NCBI GenBank assembly: GCA_965646165.1
Contig: CBFFYP010000040.1
Coordinates: 1-41,002 of the forward strand
Length of the DNA stretch: 41,002 nt
Reading direction: 5' to 3'
DNA from: an uncultured Lachnospiraceae bacterium
GTDB lineage: Bacteria; Bacillota; Clostridia; Lachnospirales; Lachnospiraceae
Shown: piece by piece, positions 1 to 6,423 of the stretch
How the letters are laid out: the number at the start of each line of letters is the position of its first letter
How positions within the stretch are numbered: position 1 is the stretch's first letter
Made by a program: the position numbers and the translations under genes
Notes under the pieces: model-generated
The model's database searches: none
What the model saw: only the letters and a program-made list of their open reading frames with translations
What the model was told of the DNA's origin: nothing

Positions 1-612
1 CGGGCTAAACACGCCCCTTTTTTTTCACACCCTGCATAGAAGCAGGATGTGAAAAAAATCTTAGGTTTTCGAGCAGAAGTCCAAGAACTTCTAACTTTTT
101 TCCAAAGTCACTGCAGGCTGCCCACCGTTTTCGAATCTGGCTGTTTCTTGACTCCGAAACAAAAAAGAATCACATTCTAACTTTTCTAAAAATCTGTTTC
201 TGTCCTGTAATAAAATATAATTTCTATCGCTATTCAATTAGCAGTCAGAGGCGGTTTGCTCCTGCCCTTTGCCTGCGACTTCGGAGAACGGTTAGAAAGT
301 CTTGGGTTTCTGTGGAATTACCTAGAATTTTTTGCATATCCTGCTTCTATGCAGGGTATGCAAAAAAAGGGGCGTGTTTAGCCCGGACGATAGGGAAGCG
401 GATGTTTTATGGTTGGTAATATCCTTCCTTACACCTGTTTCGTTTTGGTTGTTATGAGGGCGAATTGCGCCCCGGTTCGTCTGGTTGGATGAACCGAAAT
501 CAGAAGCCTTAGACTTTCTTACCGTTTGGAGCGGAGTAGGCAAAGGGCAGGAACAAACCGCCTCTGGCGTCCGGTGAAAGCCAGTATCCTATCTCCAAAA
601 GCCTAATGAAAG
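1..612. repeat. Family-1 composite structured repeat, copy A (may continue upstream of window start). Nested inverted repeats, two T-run/hairpin/A-run modules in opposite orientation, ends with ...CTGGCGTCCGGTG
   Basis: Blocks 1-60 and 328-386 are inverted copies of each other (CGGGCTAAACACGCCCC + T-run + hairpin + A-run). Blocks 246-300 and 515-580 are inverted copies (CAGAGGCGGTTTGCTCCTGCCCTTTGCC). The whole region recurs rearranged at 20437-21000 and 36003-36500. Confidence 0.8.
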
Positions 613-706
613 ATTGTATATCTTTTCTTTGCAATCTTTCTGTTCTTGTGCTAGAATAAAAGCAATAAGCTGTAAAACTGGAAATTGCCAGAAAGGACAA
701 GAAAGG

Positions 707-1042
707 ATGAAATGTAAGGAATGGCAGAAAATGATTCCCGGGTTTTTAGAGGATACTTTAGAAAATCGGGAAATGGAAGGCTTTATTGAACATGTACAAG
801 CTTGTGAAGATTGTTATGAAGAGTTGGAAATTATGTTTATGCTTTCCATTGGTTTGCAAGAATTAAATGAAGACAGAAATATCTCGTATAATTTCAGCCA
901 GTTGTTAGAAAATAAAATAGTAGAAGCAGAGATTCGTTTTGAACGAATTCGGCGGATTCGGAGTTTGAATCGGCTGGTTATTTTGATTTTGCATCTGTTA
1001 GTGATGTTAGGGGTTGCGCTTCAGATAGTAAGATGGATATAA
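707..1042 (+). CDS. Putative anti-sigma factor: zf-HC2 motif (HVQACEDCYEEL) plus C-terminal transmembrane helix
   Basis: H-x3-C-x2-C motif typical of zf-HC2 anti-sigma factors. Hydrophobic C-terminus LVILILHLLVMLGVALQIV. ATG at 707 preceded by GAAAGGA. The ORF track starts earlier at 614, inside the repeat. Confidence 0.45.
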   Translation: MKCKEWQKMIPGFLEDTLENREMEGFIEHVQACEDCYEELEIMFMLSIGLQELNEDRNISYNFSQLLENKIVEAEIRFERIRRIRSLNRLVILILHLLVMLGVALQIVRWI

Positions 1043-1054
1043 ACAGGAGAAAAG

Positions 1055-3715
1055 ATGGAGAAACTATTACTGATTGACGGAAATAATATTTTAAATCGTG
1101 CATTTTATGGAGTGCCGGATATGGCGAATTCTAAGGGGCAGCATACCAATGCCGTATTGGGATTTATCAATATTTTTATGAAAGTGGTAGAGGAAGAAAT
1201 ACCGGATTCTATTATTGTAGCATTTGATAGAAAAGAGCCGACTTTTCGGCATCAAATGTATCAGGAGTATAAAGGCAATCGAAAACCGATGCCGGAGGAA
1301 TTGGCAGAACAGCTTCCTAGGTTAAAAGAAGTTTTAACGGCTATGAAGATTCTTTATTTGGATTATCCGGGGTGGGAAGCAGACGATATTTTGGGGAGTT
1401 TGGCAAAAAAGGCTCAGGCAGAGGGGATGAAAGTAACTATATTGTCTGGAGATCGGGATCTTTTGCAGATTGCTGCGGATCAAATTCAGATTCGAGTGCC
1501 AAAGACCAAAAAAGGGGTAACAGAGGTAGAAAGTTATTATGAAGAAGATGTAAAGAAACAGTATGGCGTAACGCCAACACAGTTTATTGATATGAAAGCG
1601 TTGATGGGAGATACTTCTGATAATATTCCGGGTGTACCCAATATTGGAGAAAAGACGGCAGCAAAGATTATACAAAGTTTTGGTTCGATTGAAAATGCTT
1701 ATGCACATTTGGAGGAGATTAAGCCGCCTAAAGCACAAAACATGCTAAGGCAGCACTATGATATGGCACAGCTTTCTAAGGTATTGGCAACAATAAAAAT
1801 AGACTGTGAATTGAAGTATCAAAAAGAAGATGCCAAAAAGAAGGATTTTTTTACAAAAGAAGCTTATGATTTATTTCAGCAGTTAGAGTTTAAAAGTCTG
1901 ATTCATCGGTATTTTCGAAAAGCAGATTTTTTATCTGAACCAGTTGAGTTAAGCCGGGAGGAAAAGGAAACGTTTTCTCTTTTAGATGATTTCAGCAAGG
2001 CAGGAGAGATTCTGAAAAAAGCCAAGAAGAAAAGACAGGTAGCGGTTGCCGGAATTGCAGAGGATGGCACATTGATGGGATTGTCGCTTACTTTTTCGGA
2101 GGGACAGGCTTATTTTATTCCGGTACAGTTTTTTATGACAGAAGAGTATCTGATACAATGCTGGAAACAGCTTATGCAGACTTCAAATGAAAAGATCTTT
2201 TTAAATTTAAAAGAAAATCTGCCTTATTTAGATTCCTTTGATTTTGAAGAAAATGTTTTTGATGCCGGAATTGCTGCCTATTTATTAAATCCTTTAAAGG
2301 ACACTTACAGCTATGAGGATTTGGCAAAGGACTATTTACATCGCATTGTGCCAAGCCGAAATGAACTGCTTGGGAAACTTTCTTTAAAAAAAGTGCAGGA
2401 AGAAAAACCGGAGGAATTTTTAAAATATTGCTGCTACCAGAGTTTAATTCCGTTTTTAACAAAGCCGATTTTAAAAGAAGAATTAGAAAAAAAGGGAATG
2501 GAAAAACTATTTGAAACGATTGAAATGCCGCTGATTCCGACCTTATATCATATGGAGCAGTATGGAATCCGTGCTAATAAACAGGAACTGCAGGCATATG
2601 GAGAACGCCTTTCTGTTAAAATTAAAGAGGTAGAACAGTCTATTTATAAACAAGTAGGAGAAACCTTTAATATCAATTCACCAAAGCAGCTTGGCGAAAT
2701 TTTGTTTGAAAAAATGGGACTGCCCGGCGGAAAAAAGACCAAAACGGGTTATTCTACAGCAGCAGATGTATTAGAAAAACTGGCATTGGAATATCCGGTA
2801 GTGAAAGAAATTTTAGAATATCGGCAATATACAAAGTTAAAATCCACTTATGCAGACGGACTATCTTCCTATATTGGTGCAGATGGAAGGATTCATGGAA
2901 AATTTAATCAGACAATTACAGCAACCGGACGAATCAGCAGTACAGAACCCAATCTGCAGAATATTCCGGTGCGGATGGAACTGGGAAGGGAGATTCGCAA
3001 AGTATTTGTACCAGAGGAAGGCTATGTTTTTTTGGATGCTGACTATTCACAGATTGAACTTCGGGTACTGGCGCATCTGTCAGAAGATCCCCATTTAATC
3101 GAAGCCTATCAGGATGCAGAAGATATTCATAGTATTACGGCTTCTAAAGTATTTCATGTGCCTTTAGAGGAGGTAACGCCTCTGCAGCGCAGAAATGCAA
3201 AGGCGGTAAATTTCGGAATTGTATATGGAATCAGTTCTTTTGGGCTTAGTCAGGATTTAAGCGTTTCAAAAACAGAGGCACAGGAGTATATTGAGCAGTA
3301 TTTTCAGGCATATCCGGGAATTAAACGCTTTATGGAGCATTTGGTGACAAGCGCAAGGGAAAAAGGATATACCGTTACCATGTTTGGAAGAAGGCGTCCG
3401 CTGCCCGAAATTGCATCTTCTAATTATACACAGCGGTCATTTGGAGAAAGAATTGCTATGAACGCACCGATTCAGGGAACAGCAGCGGATATTATTAAGA
3501 TTGCTATGATTCGTGTGGATAAAAAGCTGCGGGAGAAAAAATTAAAATCTCGGCTGATTTTACAGGTACATGATGAACTTTTGATTGAAACACACCGGGA
3601 AGAAATAGAAACTGTCAGTCAGATTTTAAAAGAGGAAATGATGAATGCTGCTGATTTACAGGTAAAATTAGAGGTGGATATGCATATCGGGGATAGCTGG
3701 TTTGATGCAAAGTAG
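1055..3715 (+). CDS. polA: DNA polymerase I
   Basis: 886 aa. 5'-3' exonuclease N-terminus, Klenow motifs DYSQIELR and QVHDEL, good RBS AGGAGA. Confidence 0.97.
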   Translation: MEKLLLIDGNNILNRAFYGVPDMANSKGQHTNAVLGFINIFMKVVEEEIPDSIIVAFDRKEPTFRHQMYQEYKGNRKPMPEELAEQLPRLKEVLTAMKILYLDYPGWEADDILGSLAKKAQAEGMKVTILSGDRDLLQIAADQIQIRVPKTKKGVTEVESYYEEDVKKQYGVTPTQFIDMKALMGDTSDNIPGVPNIGEKTAAKIIQSFGSIENAYAHLEEIKPPKAQNMLRQHYDMAQLSKVLATIKIDCELKYQKEDAKKKDFFTKEAYDLFQQLEFKSLIHRYFRKADFLSEPVELSREEKETFSLLDDFSKAGEILKKAKKKRQVAVAGIAEDGTLMGLSLTFSEGQAYFIPVQFFMTEEYLIQCWKQLMQTSNEKIFLNLKENLPYLDSFDFEENVFDAGIAAYLLNPLKDTYSYEDLAKDYLHRIVPSRNELLGKLSLKKVQEEKPEEFLKYCCYQSLIPFLTKPILKEELEKKGMEKLFETIEMPLIPTLYHMEQYGIRANKQELQAYGERLSVKIKEVEQSIYKQVGETFNINSPKQLGEILFEKMGLPGGKKTKTGYSTAADVLEKLALEYPVVKEILEYRQYTKLKSTYADGLSSYIGADGRIHGKFNQTITATGRISSTEPNLQNIPVRMELGREIRKVFVPEEGYVFLDADYSQIELRVLAHLSEDPHLIEAYQDAEDIHSITASKVFHVPLEEVTPLQRRNAKAVNFGIVYGISSFGLSQDLSVSKTEAQEYIEQYFQAYPGIKRFMEHLVTSAREKGYTVTMFGRRRPLPEIASSNYTQRSFGERIAMNAPIQGTAADIIKIAMIRVDKKLREKKLKSRLILQVHDELLIETHREEIETVSQILKEEMMNAADLQVKLEVDMHIGDSWFDAK

Positions 3716-3717
3716 AG

Positions 3718-3793
3718 GAGGGGACGCCGAAAGCCGAAGGGAGTTCTATTCCGGGTTCGGAATGGATCTTTCGTTCGATTCCGGCGTCCTGAC
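3718..3793. repeat. Short palindromic family-1-type element straight after the polA stop (GGGGACGCCG ... CGGCGTCC outer stem with internal ATTCCGG/CCGGAAT hairpins). Likely doubles as a terminator.
   Basis: Outer 9-bp inverted repeat 3721-3729 / 3782-3790. Begins with the GGGACGCC hallmark shared by other copies. Confidence 0.6.
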
Positions 3794-3815
3794 TGGTAAT
3801 AACAAAGGTTGAAAG

Positions 3816-4421
3816 GTGTTTGAAATGGTGATTGGGATTACTGGCGGAATCGGAAGCGGGAAGTCTTATGTACTTTCGATTATGAGAGATCGGTTTCATT
3901 GTCTTACTCTGGAAGCGGATCAGATTGCTTGGGAATTAGAACGGCCTTCTGGTTTGTGTTACCCTGCGATTCTTTCTGTTTTTGGACAGGAAATTTTGGG
4001 GCTTGACGGGCAGATTGATCGGCAGAAATTGGGAAGGATTGTATTTTCGGATCGTAAAAAATTGGAGCAGTTAAACGGAATTGTTCATCCTGCTGTAAAG
4101 AAAACGATACAGGAGAGGATAGAACGATTGCAGATGCAGTATCCGAAACAGGATATTGTACTGGAAGCGGCACTTTTGATTGAGGAACACTATGATCAGA
4201 TTTGTGACGAGCTTTGGTTTATTTATTCGGAAGCGGCAGTTCGAAAAAGGCGGTTGAAGCAGCAGCGTGGATATTCGGAAGAAAAGATTGCGGCGGTTAT
4301 GGAAAATCAGCTTTCGGATGAAATATTTCGGAAGCATTGTGATTGTGTGATTTGGAATGATACTTCAGAAAAAGAATTGATTGAGCAAATAGAAAGCTGT
4401 CTTAGACGAAACAGACAGTGA
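3816..4421 (+). CDS. coaE: Dephospho-CoA kinase
   Basis: P-loop IGITGGIGSGKS, about 200 aa, conserved position after polA. Confidence 0.9.
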   Translation: MFEMVIGITGGIGSGKSYVLSIMRDRFHCLTLEADQIAWELERPSGLCYPAILSVFGQEILGLDGQIDRQKLGRIVFSDRKKLEQLNGIVHPAVKKTIQERIERLQMQYPKQDIVLEAALLIEEHYDQICDELWFIYSEAAVRKRRLKQQRGYSEEKIAAVMENQLSDEIFRKHCDCVIWNDTSEKELIEQIESCLRRNRQ

Positions 4422-4442
4422 TACAAAGGGGATAAGGATTTT

Positions 4443-6236
4443 ATGGATGAAGCAATGAAATATCCAGAGCATATGGTATTTGGTTTGGATATAGGGACAA
4501 GAAGTGTTGTAGGGACAGTAGGCTATTTGGAACGAAAGGTTTTTAAAGTGGCTGCTCAGTGTGTAAGATATCATGACACCCGGGCGATGATTGACGGACA
4601 GATTCATGATATTACAAAGGTCGGACAGGTGATCTATCAGGTAAAGTCCGAATTGGAACGGAATTTGGGACGGACGTTGAGTGAGGTATGTATTGCGGCG
4701 GCAGGGCGTGTATTAAAGACAGTAACAATTAAGGCAGAGCAGGAGTTAGAAGAAGAACGGATTGTCAATCAGGAGGATATCTATTCTTTGGATATGCTTG
4801 GTGTGGAGAAGGCTCATGCACAGCTTGCCGAGGAAGAAACGGAGAATATTCGTTTTTATTGTGTGGGTTATACGGTAATTCAGTATTATATGAATGACTA
4901 TGTAATGAACAATTTGGAAGGGCATAAGGCTCGAAAGATAGCAGCAAATGTGCTGGCTACTTTTTTGCCGGAGGATGTGGTGGACAGCTTGTATGCTGCT
5001 GTAAGGGAAGCTAATCTTCAGGTGGCAAGTCTTACTTTAGAGCCGATTGCTGCGATTCAGCTTGCGATTCCAGAGCAGTTTCGTTTGCTGAATATTGCTT
5101 TGGTAGATATTGGAGCGGGAACTTCCGATATTTGTATTACAAAGGATGGAAGCGTGGTTGCTTATGGAATGATTTCTTTGGCAGGTGATGAGTTGACCGA
5201 GTGTTTGGCAAAACAGTATTTAACGGATTTTGATACGGCAGAGAAGATTAAGATTTCATCCGGTAAAAATAAGCCTATTTTTTATAAGGATATTATGGGG
5301 CTGATTCATAAGCTGACTTCAGAAGAAGTGCTGGAAGTGCTAAAGCCGGTGTTGGATCATATGGCAGAAAGTGTTTCGGATAAGATTAAGGAATTAAATG
5401 GCGGAAAGGCAGTCAGTGCCATTTTTGTTGTAGGCGGTGGCGGAAAGATTACCGGATTTACGGCTCTTTTGGCGGATAAGATTATGATTCCTAGGGAGCG
5501 GGTGGCTCTTCGTGGAGAAGAAGTAATGGGAAATGTAGAGTTTTTGATACAGGATGCAAAAAAGGATTCTTTGCTGGTTACGCCGATTGGGATTTGTTTG
5601 AATTTTTATAATGAGCGAAATAGTTTTATCTTTGTTTATGTTAATAATGAGAGAATTAAACTGTATGATAATGATAAACTGACGGTTATGGATGCGGCTT
5701 TGCAGGCAGATATTTCCAATGCTTCTCTCTTTCCTCAAAGGGGACGGGATTTGAATTTTAAGGTAAACGGAAAGCCTCGGGTGGTGCGGGGAAGTGTCGG
5801 AGAAGGGGCGGTTATTTTGTTGGAAAAAACAGAAGCCAGTCTTCAGACACCGATTCGGCAAAATGATCGAATTTTTATAAAAGAGTCTACGGTAGGACCA
5901 GATGCGGTTTGTTCGGTTGGGAAACTGCCGGAATATGAGGGGAGTATTTCTTTTGTGGTAAATGAAAAGAAAGTGACTTGTCCGAAGTTTGCTCAGGTAA
6001 ATGGGAAGTTGGAATCTGGGTATTATGAGATACAGGAAAATGATGAGATTTTGTTTTTGAATTATTATACAGTGGAACAGGTCATGACTTTTTTGGATAT
6101 TGATACAGAGATGCTGAAAATTTATGTGAATAATCGGCTGGCGGAACTGACAGAAAGGGTTTATGAGAATTTTTCTCTTCGGTTTGAGAAGCTGACGGGA
6201 ACGTATGCGGATTTGGTGGAAGAAGGAGGGGTGTAG
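4443..6236 (+). CDS. Actin-fold (ASKHA) ATPase of the FtsA/PilM/EutJ type with roughly 230-aa C-terminal extension of unknown function
   Basis: Phosphate-1 FGLDIGTRSV, phosphate-2 LVDIGAGTSDICI, adenosine motif VVGGGGKITG. 597 aa is longer than canonical FtsA. Confidence 0.6.
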   Translation: MDEAMKYPEHMVFGLDIGTRSVVGTVGYLERKVFKVAAQCVRYHDTRAMIDGQIHDITKVGQVIYQVKSELERNLGRTLSEVCIAAAGRVLKTVTIKAEQELEEERIVNQEDIYSLDMLGVEKAHAQLAEEETENIRFYCVGYTVIQYYMNDYVMNNLEGHKARKIAANVLATFLPEDVVDSLYAAVREANLQVASLTLEPIAAIQLAIPEQFRLLNIALVDIGAGTSDICITKDGSVVAYGMISLAGDELTECLAKQYLTDFDTAEKIKISSGKNKPIFYKDIMGLIHKLTSEEVLEVLKPVLDHMAESVSDKIKELNGGKAVSAIFVVGGGGKITGFTALLADKIMIPRERVALRGEEVMGNVEFLIQDAKKDSLLVTPIGICLNFYNERNSFIFVYVNNERIKLYDNDKLTVMDAALQADISNASLFPQRGRDLNFKVNGKPRVVRGSVGEGAVILLEKTEASLQTPIRQNDRIFIKESTVGPDAVCSVGKLPEYEGSISFVVNEKKVTCPKFAQVNGKLESGYYEIQENDEILFLNYYTVEQVMTFLDIDTEMLKIYVNNRLAELTERVYENFSLRFEKLTGTYADLVEEGGV

Positions 6237-6254
6237 GCGGAAGATTTTTGAAAG

Positions 6255-6322
6255 GGGGACGCCAGATTTCGGAACGGTTGGGTACTGCTGTTCCGAAATC
6301 TGGCTGTTTCTTGGCTTCTGAA
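6255..6322. repeat. Family-1 fragment / hairpin (GGGGGACGCCAGATTTCGGAACGG...CTGTTCCGAAATCTGGCTGTTTCTTG)
   Basis: 14-bp stem. The 3' arm matches block 130-160 of copy A (TTCGAATCTGGCTGTTTCTTG). Sits 20 nt after the stop of the preceding gene. Confidence 0.6.
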
Positions 6323-6423
6323 GAGAAAGTCTTATCGAAATTTTTCCGGTAGATGAAGTGATATAGGATGCAGCATTTGTAATGATTTTATGGGAAAGGA
6401 TTAGAATTAGGAGGAAGAAAATT

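Noticed and set aside
322-543. ORFs inside family-1 repeat copies (322-543 -, 20411-20695 +, 36080-36481 -) that share the peptide ...SDFGSSNQTNRGAIRPH...
   Set aside because: The shared peptide follows from DNA-level repeat conservation. Elsewhere the copies differ by substitutions that are not biased to synonymous sites, and by indels. The ORFs run through the hairpin and T-run/A-run modules and lack RBSs. They are treated as non-coding.
1334-1738. 134-aa minus-strand ORF
   Set aside because: Embedded antisense within polA. No RBS or motifs.
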